The translations under genes were made by a program, and so were the position numbers. Below the pieces are notes generated by a model. It saw nothing but the letters and a program-made list of their open reading frames with translations, had not been told where the DNA came from and made no database searches. DNA of 34,013 nucleotides from an uncultured Atribacterota bacterium (lineage in GTDB: Bacteria > Atribacterota > Phoenicimicrobiia > Phoenicimicrobiales > Phoenicimicrobiaceae), in the NCBI GenBank assembly GCA_964632105.1, contig CAZWFH010000003.1, forward strand, positions 1-34,013, given 5' to 3'. Positions 17,674 through 26,291 of this stretch are shown here, in pieces. Position 1 is the first letter of the stretch, and each line of letters opens with the position of its first letter.

Positions 17674-19029
17674 GTGAGTAAAAAATTTAATTACCATAGC
17701 CTCGAAGAATTGCAGAAAGAAGTTCATCAGGATAATATTGAGCTTGATTTTTCAGAGAGCACGGAGGTCTTAAATCAAAGTTTGATAATAAATAATCACC
17801 GAATTCCTAACAGATTAGCTATTCAGCCTATGGAGGGATGTGACAGTGATGAGCAAGGTAGTCCGGGAGAATTAACTTTTAGAAGATATAAACGGTTTGC
17901 CCAAGGAGGAGCTGGCTTAATCTGGTTTGAAGCAACTGCTATTTTACCTGAAGCCCGCTCTAATCCACATCAACTTTTATTAAATGAGTTTACAGAACCA
18001 GCCTTTGCTGAATTATTAAGGATGACCAAAGATAGAGCTATGCAAGAATACGGGGCACATCATGAGCCTTTTTGTGTTTTACAATTAAACCATTCCGGGA
18101 GGTTTAGTAAACCTGAAGGGGTACGAAAACCTTTAATTGCAGTTCACCACTCTGCCTTGGATAAAGTAGTAAATATTGATGATAATTATCCTTTACTAGA
18201 AGATGGACAGTTAAAATATATTCAGGAAAAATTTGTAAAATCTGCGAAACTAGCTTATAAGGCGGGTTTTGATGCGGTAGATATTAAATCATGCCATGGT
18301 TACCTGATATTGGAATTATTAGGGGCTAAAACCAGAAAGGGAGAATACGGAGGCTCTTACCAAAACAGGACGAGATTTTTAAAAGAGACTATAGAATTAA
18401 TTAAACAAGAAGTACCTCAGCTAATTATTACCACTCGTTTGAATATTTCTAATGTAATTTTTTCGGAAAATAATTGGGGTATTAGCAAAAATAATAATAG
18501 CGGTGAATGGGAGGTTAATTTAAGTGAGCCCAAAAGATTAGTAAAAGAATTGGATGATTTAGGTTTATCTTTAATTAATGCAACTGCTGGTATACCTTAT
18601 TTTAATCCTCATGTAAATCGACCTTATGATCGGCCCATAAAAGAAGGTTGTCCCGAACCAGAACCTCCTCTAAAGGGAGTAGAAAGAATGTTTAAATTTG
18701 CCCATCAGATCCAAGAAGAGGTGCCTGATTTGCCAATAATAGGAACGGGTTATAGTTGGCTACGCCAATTTGGAGGAGCTGCTGCTGCGGCAAATATTGA
18801 AAAAGGCTATCATTCCTTAGCTGGATTCGGTCGACAAGCTTTTGCTTATCCTAATTTTGCCCGCGATCTTTTAGAAAAAGGTCAAATGAAGGATAAGAAG
18901 TGCTGTATTACCTGTAGTAGATGTTCCCAGCTAATGGTTTGGGGTTCAAAAACAGGCTGTGTTGTTCGTGATGCTGACCTCTATGCCAATGTGTATAAAG
19001 AGGTATCAGCAGTGTCAAAAAATAAATAA
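17674..19029 (+). CDS. Old-Yellow-Enzyme-type FMN oxidoreductase with C-terminal 4Fe-4S cysteine cluster (enoate/2,4-dienoyl-CoA reductase N-terminal module only)
   Basis: PNRLAIQPMEG, LNHSGRF, DAVDIKSCHGYLILELLGA...EYGGSYQNRTRF and CCITCSRCSQLMVWGSKTGC. GTG start 12 nt after the preceding stop. At 451 aa it lacks the FAD/NAD(P)H domain of full-length family members. Confidence 0.65.
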   Translation: MSKKFNYHSLEELQKEVHQDNIELDFSESTEVLNQSLIINNHRIPNRLAIQPMEGCDSDEQGSPGELTFRRYKRFAQGGAGLIWFEATAILPEARSNPHQLLLNEFTEPAFAELLRMTKDRAMQEYGAHHEPFCVLQLNHSGRFSKPEGVRKPLIAVHHSALDKVVNIDDNYPLLEDGQLKYIQEKFVKSAKLAYKAGFDAVDIKSCHGYLILELLGAKTRKGEYGGSYQNRTRFLKETIELIKQEVPQLIITTRLNISNVIFSENNWGISKNNNSGEWEVNLSEPKRLVKELDDLGLSLINATAGIPYFNPHVNRPYDRPIKEGCPEPEPPLKGVERMFKFAHQIQEEVPDLPIIGTGYSWLRQFGGAAAAANIEKGYHSLAGFGRQAFAYPNFARDLLEKGQMKDKKCCITCSRCSQLMVWGSKTGCVVRDADLYANVYKEVSAVSKNK

Positions 19030-19147
19030 ATGAGTCTGAACAAATACAAATAAAAGCAGTTGTTTAAGGGAACGGGAAAAAGGAGAAACCTTTTTAAACT
19101 ATAAGTAAGCATATTATTAAATTCTATTAAAGGAGTGTGGAGGAGAT

Positions 19148-19924
19148 ATGATTGAGCAGAAGGTTGCTGTTGTTACAGGAGCTGCTCGAGGAATTGGGTA
19201 TAGTATTGCTCTGCAGCTGGCAAGGGATGGCTGTGCTATTGCTATATTTGATATTTTGGAGCCAGAAAAAGTTGAGGAAAACATGAAAGAGCTTAAAAAA
19301 GAATGCCAACCAGTACTTTATTTTCAGGGAGATCTTGCTCAGAGTAAAGATCACGACAACTTCTGTAAGCAGGTTATGAAAGAGTACGGGAGGATTGATT
19401 TTTTAATAAATAATGCTGGGGTTGCCCCCAGGGTAAGAATGGATATTCTGGAAACAAACGAGGAGAGCTTCGATTTTGTACTAGATATCAATCTCAAAGG
19501 GACTTTCTTTTTAACTCAGGCTGTTGCGAATATAATGGTCCAGCAGATGGAGGAGAATTCCGATTTTAAACCTAAAATCGTCAATATTGGGTCCCTATCC
19601 TCTTATACATCATCACCATCAAGGGGAGAATATTGTATCTCTAAGGCCGGGGTTAGCATGATAACTAAGCTTTTTGCTGACCGCCTCTCCGAATACAGGA
19701 TTAACGTTTATGAAATCAGACCAGGAATAATTTATACAGATATGACAAAAAGTGTTAAAAATAAATACGACAAACTGATTGATAGTGGTATTACTCCAAT
19801 TAAGCGATGGGGATATCCTGAGGATGTAGCAAAAGCAGTATCTGTTTGTTGTTCAGGGAAATTAGATTTTTCTACCGGCGAAATAATTAATGTGGATGGA
19901 GGTTTCCATTTAAAAAGACTTTGA
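19148..19924 (+). CDS. SDR family oxidoreductase (classical, FabG-like)
   Basis: VAVVTGAARGIGYSIA, NNAG, S...YCISK catalytic triad pattern, 258 aa. Specific substrate not assignable. Confidence 0.7.
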   Translation: MIEQKVAVVTGAARGIGYSIALQLARDGCAIAIFDILEPEKVEENMKELKKECQPVLYFQGDLAQSKDHDNFCKQVMKEYGRIDFLINNAGVAPRVRMDILETNEESFDFVLDINLKGTFFLTQAVANIMVQQMEENSDFKPKIVNIGSLSSYTSSPSRGEYCISKAGVSMITKLFADRLSEYRINVYEIRPGIIYTDMTKSVKNKYDKLIDSGITPIKRWGYPEDVAKAVSVCCSGKLDFSTGEIINVDGGFHLKRL

Positions 19925-20054
19925 TTTTTTAATCATATGATAAATAAAACATCATTTGATATATATTCTTTAGCAGTAAAATTGTTTCGTATAATTTTTT
20001 TAAGCAAGAAAATTTATAACGATTTTTTGACACAAATTCATGGTAAGTAAAAAT

Positions 20055-20084
20055 TTGACAAGATTAGAATGCCTTTTATATAAT
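20055..20084 (+). promoter_or_regulatory. Sigma-70-type promoter (TTGACA, 18 nt, TATAAT) of the intact IclR gene
   Basis: TTGACA at 20055-20060 and TATAAT at 20079-20084, with the same spacing as the promoter at 1367-1396. Confidence 0.55.
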
Positions 20085-20110
20085 GTAAATTGAATTGTAA
20101 ATAAAAAAAA

Positions 20111-20128
20111 ATTCTACAATATAGAAAT
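20111..20128 (+). promoter_or_regulatory. Imperfect palindrome related to the 1418-1438 operator
   Basis: ATTCTACAATATAGAAAT shares the right half TATAGAAAT exactly; the left half has 2 mismatches. It occupies the same position between the -10 box and the RBS. Confidence 0.35.
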
Positions 20129-20145
20129 AAATAAGGAGATACAAT

Positions 20146-20973
20146 ATGGAAAAAATACGTCCCAATTACCCTATAAAAGTTTTAGATAAATCCCTCTCCA
20201 TTCTCGAGACCATGCTTCGACAGGGTTCTGCTATGAGCATGACTGAAATCAGTGAAAAATTAGGACTCTATCCCAGCACCACTCACCGTATATTAGATAC
20301 TTTAAAACATTGGGGATATGTGGAGCAAGAACCCAATAATCAGAGATACCAGCTAGGTCTAAAAGTTATAGAATTAGGCATGGCTAAACTTCACCAAATG
20401 GACCTGGCAAGAGAGGCTACTCCTTATCTAAAAGAGCTAGTAAATCAGTGTAACGAAACTGTCCATTTAGGAGTTCTGGAAGAGGGAGAAGTTATGTATT
20501 TAGCCAAAGAGGAGTCTTCTCAAACAATAAGAATGATCTCTTACGTAGGGAAAAGAGCTCCTCTTCACTGTACGGCATTGGGGAAAATACTATTAGCCTA
20601 TATGTCAGAAGAAGAAAGAGAAAAAATCTTAGAAGATAGAGAACTTCCTCGCCTTACCGAGAAGACCATCACTGATAAAAGGGAATTAGAAAAAGAACTT
20701 GGTAAAGTAAGAGAACAGGGTTTTGCCTTAGATAGAGAAGAAAACGAAAAGGATGTTCGCTGTGTAGCTGCCCCCATCAGGAATCATCAAGGAAAAGTTA
20801 TAGCTGCTATTAGTATTTCAAGCCCTATTTTCAGGATAGATAAAAATGTACAAAATAATCTAAAAAAAGTTCTTATAGAGACAAGCGAAAAAATATCTAA
20901 AAGATTGGGATATAAAGAAAAATCGCAAAAAGAGGAAAAGAAGGAGGTGGAAACTAGAGAAAAATTTATTTAG
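20146..20973 (+). CDS. kdgR: IclR-family transcriptional regulator (KdgR-like pectin/hexuronate regulator)
   Basis: N-terminal wHTH (MSMTEISEKLGLYPSTTHRILDTLKHWGYV) and C-terminal IclR effector domain (GFALDREENEKDVRCVAAPI). The symbol is inferred from context only. Confidence 0.7.
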   Translation: MEKIRPNYPIKVLDKSLSILETMLRQGSAMSMTEISEKLGLYPSTTHRILDTLKHWGYVEQEPNNQRYQLGLKVIELGMAKLHQMDLAREATPYLKELVNQCNETVHLGVLEEGEVMYLAKEESSQTIRMISYVGKRAPLHCTALGKILLAYMSEEEREKILEDRELPRLTEKTITDKRELEKELGKVREQGFALDREENEKDVRCVAAPIRNHQGKVIAAISISSPIFRIDKNVQNNLKKVLIETSEKISKRLGYKEKSQKEEKKEVETREKFI

Positions 20974-21075
20974 TGGGGTTAAATAGACAAAATTACTGGC
21001 TTAATGATCAGAATATTATTATTTTTAAGGAGAAAGAATATGTCCCTCAAAGCTATAATAAATTCCAGTAGATAG

Positions 21076-21135
21076 ATGAATTTAGTAAATAAAGTAGCTA
21101 TAGTTACTGGTACAGGTCGAGGTATAGGCAAACTT
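21076..21135 (+). pseudogene. Stub of an SDR gene (first ~20 codons only)
   Basis: MNLVNKVAIVTGTGRGIGK is a canonical SDR N-terminus. It then runs into AT-rich non-homologous sequence and a stop. Confidence 0.5.
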
Positions 21136-21196
21136 ATTTTTAAGAACTTCATATTTATTTTTTATTATTTATTTTAAACAGGAGAGGTTTGTAATT

Positions 21197-21888
21197 ATGG
21201 AAAGTCCCATTCGTGTTGGAATTGTTGGTAGTCGTTTTGCTGCTGAGTTTCATTATACCGCCTATCAGCGGGTAACTGGTATATAGGTAAGAGTTGTCAT
21301 CCTTTATCAGCTATACTTTATCTGAAACAGGTAGAAGGAATTGCTCGTAATGGCAAGGCAATTCGTCCGAAAGCAGTTAGTGCTCGAACTCATAAGATAA
21401 CCCGAAACCCAAGATTTATCGATAAAGGTTTTCTAAGAACCGATTATGAGGATATCGAGGATTACGGTAATATTCACGTAATTTTTGATGATGGGATGAT
21501 TGCTGATATTTTTGCTTCAGAATTGGTGATGGGAGGTGTGCACAACTGGCTTGAAATCTTTGCCAATAATCATCATAGGACTCGTTGCAACCTGAGTCCT
21601 ACTAATGCAATGGAACTTTACAATCCACAAGAGGAACAGTTGGCAGATGTTTATGTGATGGAGAAAATCGGAACCAAACAAGGTTGGTCTAACCCTTCAC
21701 CAGATGAAAACTGGATGTTTGGCTATCCTCAGGAGATTTAAGACTTTATGGAGGCAATTGCTACTAATCGGGAACCTAAGTCCGGAATGTTGGCAGCAAG
21801 TGATACAGTAAGCGTTCTTTATGCTGCCTACCTTTCAGCAGAGCGTAAAGGGGAGGAAGTTGAGATACCGCTCGATTCTTCGTTCTAA
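21197..21888 (+). pseudogene. Gfo/Idh/MocA oxidoreductase remnant with internal deletion and in-frame stop
   Basis: The N-terminus MESPIRVGIVGSRFAAEFHYTAYQRVTGI stops at TAG 21284-21286. The frame then switches to GNWYIGKSCHPLSAILYLKQ..., so about 130 aa of the Rossmann domain are missing. A TAA at 21739-21741 is in frame between GYPQEI and DFMEAIATNREP. The homologous end is at 21888. Confidence 0.7.
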
Positions 21889-22173
21889 GTATAAGAGCCT
21901 ATAGAAATTCCCGCAGTTTTTATAGAAAAATTCTCCCTTAGATTGATTTACTTATACAATGTTTAGAGAAAATTTTACTTTATCTTAAAATTTCGCTAAA
22001 ATATTTAAGATTAGTAAAAAGTTTTAGTAAGTGCATTTGTAAGTATATTAAGGGCATTCTACACCCTTCTTTAAAATTCTTTAAATATTAGGTTAATTTA
22101 CTAAAAAATAAAGGTTATACAAAAATAAAATGTGATAAAAAAGTATTTATAAGTCCTTCCAAAGGAGATTATT

Positions 22174-23631
22174 ATGAAAGATAAAGATGGCTTTTTAAGT
22201 AAAGATTGGTTATTAGATACAACTGAAGGAATAAAATTATATCATGATATCGCTGTTCCCCTAAGAAAGGAAGTTGGAATTATTGATACTCACACTCATC
22301 ATAATTTAAGACAGATTGTAGAAAATGAACCTTTCCCCAATATTTGGAGGGCTGAAGTTCTGGAGACAAGAGAAGAATATAAAAATTGCGATCATTATAT
22401 TATTCAATTGGCAGCAAAGCTCCCCGGTTTCTCTCAAGCTTTAGCCAGGGATCCTCAAATTTCAGATTATGATAAATGGGTAGCCTTGTGCAAGGTATTT
22501 CCTCATCTCGAAGGCAATCATGTTCATCAATGGATGCATTTGGATTTAAAGAGGATGTTTGGAATCGAGGAATTATTGAGTGCAGAGACCGCAGATAGAG
22601 TATGGAAAAAAGCAAATGATTGTTTAAAACAAAAGGACATGTTGCCCCAGGCAATACTTAAAAGAGTTAGAGCGAGGATTATCTGTACGACCGATGATCC
22701 AGTAGATGATTTATACTATCACAAAATGGCTAATAACATAGAAGGTATAAATTTTTTGCCTACTTTTAGACCTGATGCTTATTGTAATATCTTTATTGAT
22801 AAATGGAAATCGAATGTGGAAAAAATCTGTCAATTAACTGGACAAGAAACAACTCTTAAAGGTCTTGTGGAAGCTTTAAGAATAAGACATACTTATTTTG
22901 CCGAAAGGGGAGCAAAGGCAAGTGATCATGGTTTGTTGGAGCCTTATGGTTTAACAATTAGTCAGAAAAGAGCTGAGGAAATTTTCCAACAAGCTTGTAA
23001 TAAGGGAGAAAAATTTAGTCTCAGATCACCAGAGACTAAAGAATTTATTTCTTATATGATGCATCAATTCTGTGCTATGAATCAAGAAAAAGGTATGGTT
23101 ACCCAAATCCATTATGGAGCAATCAGAAATGCTAATGAATATTTATTTAAAAATTGGGGGACTGATGTAGGAGGTGATATTTCAACAGAAAATGTAAATA
23201 TTATTGAAAACTTACAACCTTTGTTAACGAGATTTTTTAGTGGAGAAGATAAAAATCAAAGTCATTTAATATTGTATCCAATGAACCAGATATTTGCCCA
23301 TACTAATGTGATGTTAGAAAGAGCTTTTCCTAACGTTCATTCTGGTTTCCCTTGGTGGCATAATGATAATCCTTATATTATGGAACAATATTTGTTGCAT
23401 ACTGCAAACTCTTCTTTACTTACTTCAAGTGGTGGTCCAGTCTGTGATGGAAGGAAGATTTTGTCGGAAGGAAGTAGATTTGAGGTTTTTGATAGAATAA
23501 TATGCAAAGCTGTAGGAAATCTTGTTTCGAGCGGACAGATGTCCTATAATGGAGGGGTTAGAACAACAAAAGCGTTGATGTGTGAAAATCAAATGCGGTT
23601 ATTCAATTTAAAAGGAGAAATTAATGAATAA
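22174..23631 (+). CDS. uxaC: Glucuronate/galacturonate (uronate) isomerase
   Basis: AAAGGAGA RBS. FLSKDWLLDTTEGIKLYHDIA...IIDTHTHHNL matches the UxaC N-terminal metal-binding HxH region. Length is 485 aa. Confidence 0.8.
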   Translation: MKDKDGFLSKDWLLDTTEGIKLYHDIAVPLRKEVGIIDTHTHHNLRQIVENEPFPNIWRAEVLETREEYKNCDHYIIQLAAKLPGFSQALARDPQISDYDKWVALCKVFPHLEGNHVHQWMHLDLKRMFGIEELLSAETADRVWKKANDCLKQKDMLPQAILKRVRARIICTTDDPVDDLYYHKMANNIEGINFLPTFRPDAYCNIFIDKWKSNVEKICQLTGQETTLKGLVEALRIRHTYFAERGAKASDHGLLEPYGLTISQKRAEEIFQQACNKGEKFSLRSPETKEFISYMMHQFCAMNQEKGMVTQIHYGAIRNANEYLFKNWGTDVGGDISTENVNIIENLQPLLTRFFSGEDKNQSHLILYPMNQIFAHTNVMLERAFPNVHSGFPWWHNDNPYIMEQYLLHTANSSLLTSSGGPVCDGRKILSEGSRFEVFDRIICKAVGNLVSSGQMSYNGGVRTTKALMCENQMRLFNLKGEINE

Positions 23632-25123
23632 GCAGGGAATTTTAAAGTATTTTAATAAATATTATTGGGATAGGTATATTGTTTACACTTCTTCTATAAA
23701 AAAGTTAGAGAAAGAAAATTATTTTTTTATGGTAAAAGATAAAAAGAAAAAGTATCTTGTAGTATTTGCTGTAGATGCTGTTGCGCAAAAATTTGAAGGT
23801 AGCGTTTTAGAAGAAAAAGAAGTAAACCAGAATGAATTGATCATCAAGATATGTAGTTTAAACCATAATAATCTTACTCTACTACGAGAAATATTCCCCC
23901 ATCTCAATCCTTCTTTTTGTGGTCTTAAACCATCTTTTGGTACCGGAGACCGTTTAGGAATAGCTACTCCTGCTCATCTTCAGGCCTTTAAAGGAAAAGA
24001 TATTTTCCCCATTTTAGCTCAGCAATCAGTTAGAGAGATGTCCAGAATGGAAAGAAATTGGCAAAAAGTTTTAGATGATGCAATTTGGGGTTGTTTTGAG
24101 GCAGGTTACATTGGTCCTTTTGGGGCTGATGCAGATCATGTAAAAGAAATTAAGGAGTTAAAAGAAGCAGCAGATTGCGGCTTCACCATGTTTACTTTAG
24201 ATCCTTCTGATTTTATAAGAAATGATATTGAAAGGTTAAGCAAACAAGAATTAGAACAACTTTATAAACAGATTTCTAATGGTAAAGAATTAGAAAATTT
24301 ATATTTAAATAAGAAGTATAAAATCGGTGAGCAAGAATTAATATTCGATGAAGAATCATTGAAAGAAATTATACTTACTTATTCTGAAGCCTTAAATCAT
24401 GTGGTGAAATGTTATAAATTTTTAAAGGATTATAAAAAAAATAATTTTGATTTAGAAATATCTGTAGATGAAACTCCCACAGTTACATCTCCTTTAGCGC
24501 ATTTATTTATTGTTTTGGAACTACAAAGAAGGGGAGTAGATTTTCAGAATATCGCTCTTCATTTCTTGGGAGATTGGCAAAAAGGAATAGAATATATAGG
24601 TAATGTAAAGGAATTTGCCAGGGAATTTTCTTTACACGCAGCTATCGCAAAAAATATCGGAGGATACAAACTTTCTCTTCACACCGGAAGTGATAAGTTT
24701 TCTGTTTATCCTATTTTTTCTCAGGAGACAGACGGTCTTTGCCATATAAAAACTGCCGGGACCAGCTGGTTAGAGGAAGTAAAAGTGGTTGCCATGAAAG
24801 ACCCGTCTCTTTATCGAGAGATTCATCGATTTGCTTTGGAGAATTTTGCAAAAGATAGAGCATCTTATAATTTAACTACTGACCTTTCTCGTATACCCGA
24901 TATAGATACAATTGCAGATGATGAATTGGTAAATTTTTTCAAACAGAATGACTCTCGACAGCTTATCCATATAACTTATGGTTCTATTCTAAGAGCAAAG
25001 GATGATGAAGGAAAATATATCTTTAAAGATAGAATCTACAAAATATTATTTGAGTATGAAGAAGACCATTATCGGGAACTTTCTAATCATATTAGGAAAC
25101 ATTTGGAGCTTTTAAATAAATAA
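23624..25123 (+). CDS. uxaE: Tagaturonate/fructuronate epimerase-like protein (UxaE family candidate)
   Basis: Overlaps uxaC by 8 nt (ATGAATAA). About 500 aa with FGTGDRLGIATPAH and GADADHVK blocks. The synteny uxaC, this gene, SDR, gnd mirrors the Thermotoga maritima TM0438-TM0441 neighbourhood as I recall it. Confidence 0.55.
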   Translation: MNKQGILKYFNKYYWDRYIVYTSSIKKLEKENYFFMVKDKKKKYLVVFAVDAVAQKFEGSVLEEKEVNQNELIIKICSLNHNNLTLLREIFPHLNPSFCGLKPSFGTGDRLGIATPAHLQAFKGKDIFPILAQQSVREMSRMERNWQKVLDDAIWGCFEAGYIGPFGADADHVKEIKELKEAADCGFTMFTLDPSDFIRNDIERLSKQELEQLYKQISNGKELENLYLNKKYKIGEQELIFDEESLKEIILTYSEALNHVVKCYKFLKDYKKNNFDLEISVDETPTVTSPLAHLFIVLELQRRGVDFQNIALHFLGDWQKGIEYIGNVKEFAREFSLHAAIAKNIGGYKLSLHTGSDKFSVYPIFSQETDGLCHIKTAGTSWLEEVKVVAMKDPSLYREIHRFALENFAKDRASYNLTTDLSRIPDIDTIADDELVNFFKQNDSRQLIHITYGSILRAKDDEGKYIFKDRIYKILFEYEEDHYRELSNHIRKHLELLNK

Positions 25124-25130
25124 ATATTTA

Positions 25131-25229
25131 GGTAGGAAGTATTCAGAAGCCAGAAGCCAGAAGCCAGAATGAGAGATAAGATAGATAGTATCTCATATAT
25201 CGAATATTAAAGAACAGATAACGAATAGA
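25131..25229 (+). repeat. 7-nt periodic array (AGAAGCC x3, then degenerate units)
   Basis: In register: GGTAGGA AGTATTC AGAAGCC AGAAGCC AGAAGCC AGAATGA GAGATAA GATAGAT AGTATCT ... It starts 8 nt after the uxaE-like stop. Confidence 0.7.
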
Positions 25230-25257
25230 GTAGGGGCGTATTGCAATACGCCCCTAC
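25230..25257 (+). repeat. Perfect 28-nt GC-rich palindrome GTAGGGGCGTATTG/CAATACGCCCCTAC
   Basis: The two halves are exactly complementary. It lies 6 nt upstream of the AAGGAGG RBS of the next gene, with no T-run. Confidence 0.85.
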
Positions 25258-25277
25258 AACTCAAGGAGGAAAAATAA

Positions 25278-26102
25278 ATGGAGGAAAATTTGAAGATGTT
25301 TAGCCTTGAAGGCAAAATAGCGGTAATTACCGGAGGTGCTGGGATTTTAGGTTCTGCTATTGCCCGAGGGTTGGGTAAAGCGGGAGCTAAGATAGCCCTA
25401 TGTGATATTGTAAATGCCGATGAAGTTGCCCAAGAATTAAAATCAGAAGGGATAGAAGCTAAAGGTTATTATTTAGATGTGATGGATATTAAAAAGATTA
25501 AGATCTGTCGAGATGAAATAATGAAAGATTTTGGCAGGGTTGATATCTTACTTAATGCCGCCGGAGGCAATACAAAAGGGGCGACTACCTCAGAAGAATT
25601 AAAATTTTTTGACCTTCCTCTTTCCGCTTTAGAGAAGGTGGTTGGACTTAATCTTTTTGGAGGAGCTATACTTCCTTCCCAGGTTTTCGGGAAAATTATG
25701 GTGGAAAATAAAGAAGGGGGTTCTATTATTAATATTTCTTCTATGAACGCCTTTCGTCCACTTACCAGAATTCCCGGCTATTCAGCTGCCAAGGCAGCGG
25801 TAAGTAATTTTACCCAATGGTTGGCAGTCCATTTTGCCCAAGAATATAATAAAAACTTGCGAGTCAATGCAATTGCTCCGGGATTTTTTCTTACTGCCCA
25901 AAATCGTTTTTTACTTACTAATGAGGATGGCAGCTTGACACCCAGAGGCAAAACTATAATCGCTCACACTCCTATGGATAAATTTGGTGACCCGGAAGAT
26001 TTAATCGGAGCGTGTGTTTGGTTGGCCTCTGATGCCTCAAAATTTGTAACCGGAATCATTGTTCCTGTAGACGGAGGATTTAGTGCGTTTTCGGGAGTCT
26101 AA
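25278..26102 (+). CDS. SDR-type D-mannonate oxidoreductase / fructuronate reductase candidate (YjmF/UxuB-like)
   Basis: GKIAVITGGAGILGSAIARGL, NAAGGN, SSMNAF...YSAAKAAVSNFTQWLAV, APGFFLTAQNRFLL and PVDGGFSAFSGV follow my recollection of the SDR mannonate oxidoreductase subfamily. Context supports the call. Confidence 0.55.
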   Translation: MEENLKMFSLEGKIAVITGGAGILGSAIARGLGKAGAKIALCDIVNADEVAQELKSEGIEAKGYYLDVMDIKKIKICRDEIMKDFGRVDILLNAAGGNTKGATTSEELKFFDLPLSALEKVVGLNLFGGAILPSQVFGKIMVENKEGGSIINISSMNAFRPLTRIPGYSAAKAAVSNFTQWLAVHFAQEYNKNLRVNAIAPGFFLTAQNRFLLTNEDGSLTPRGKTIIAHTPMDKFGDPEDLIGACVWLASDASKFVTGIIVPVDGGFSAFSGV

Positions 26103-26104
26103 TT

Positions 26105-26139
26105 CGTATCGCGTATCGCGTATTGCGTATTGCGCTTGG
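26105..26139 (+). repeat. 7-nt tandem array CGTATCG x2, CGTATTG x2, CGCTTGG
   Basis: Begins 3 nt after the SDR stop. The opening TTCGTATC is shared with the array at 30983. Confidence 0.8.
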
Positions 26140-26142
26140 TAG

Positions 26143-26191
26143 AGACACGGCGTGCCGTGTCTTCTCTGTTCATCACGGCAACGCCGTGATG
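26143..26191 (+). repeat. Two adjacent GC-rich hairpins sharing a CACGGC/GCCGTG core
   Basis: AGACACGG-CGTG-CCGTGTCT (26143-26162) and CATCACGGC-AAC-GCCGTGATG (26171-26191). Confidence 0.8.
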
Positions 26192-26282
26192 CTACTGATA
26201 ACTGAAAACTGATTATCTTTATCTAAAAACTAAAAACGAAAAACTATAAACCTATTTTTTTACACTAACGACTAAATAAGGA
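26192..26282 (+). repeat. 7-nt periodic array (nnACTGA x3, then AAACnAA-type units)
   Basis: CTACTGA TAACTGA AAACTGA TTATCTT TATCTAA AAACTAA AAACGAA AAACTAT AAACCTA ... It runs into the gnd RBS. Confidence 0.65.
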
Positions 26283-26291
26283 GGAATGTAA

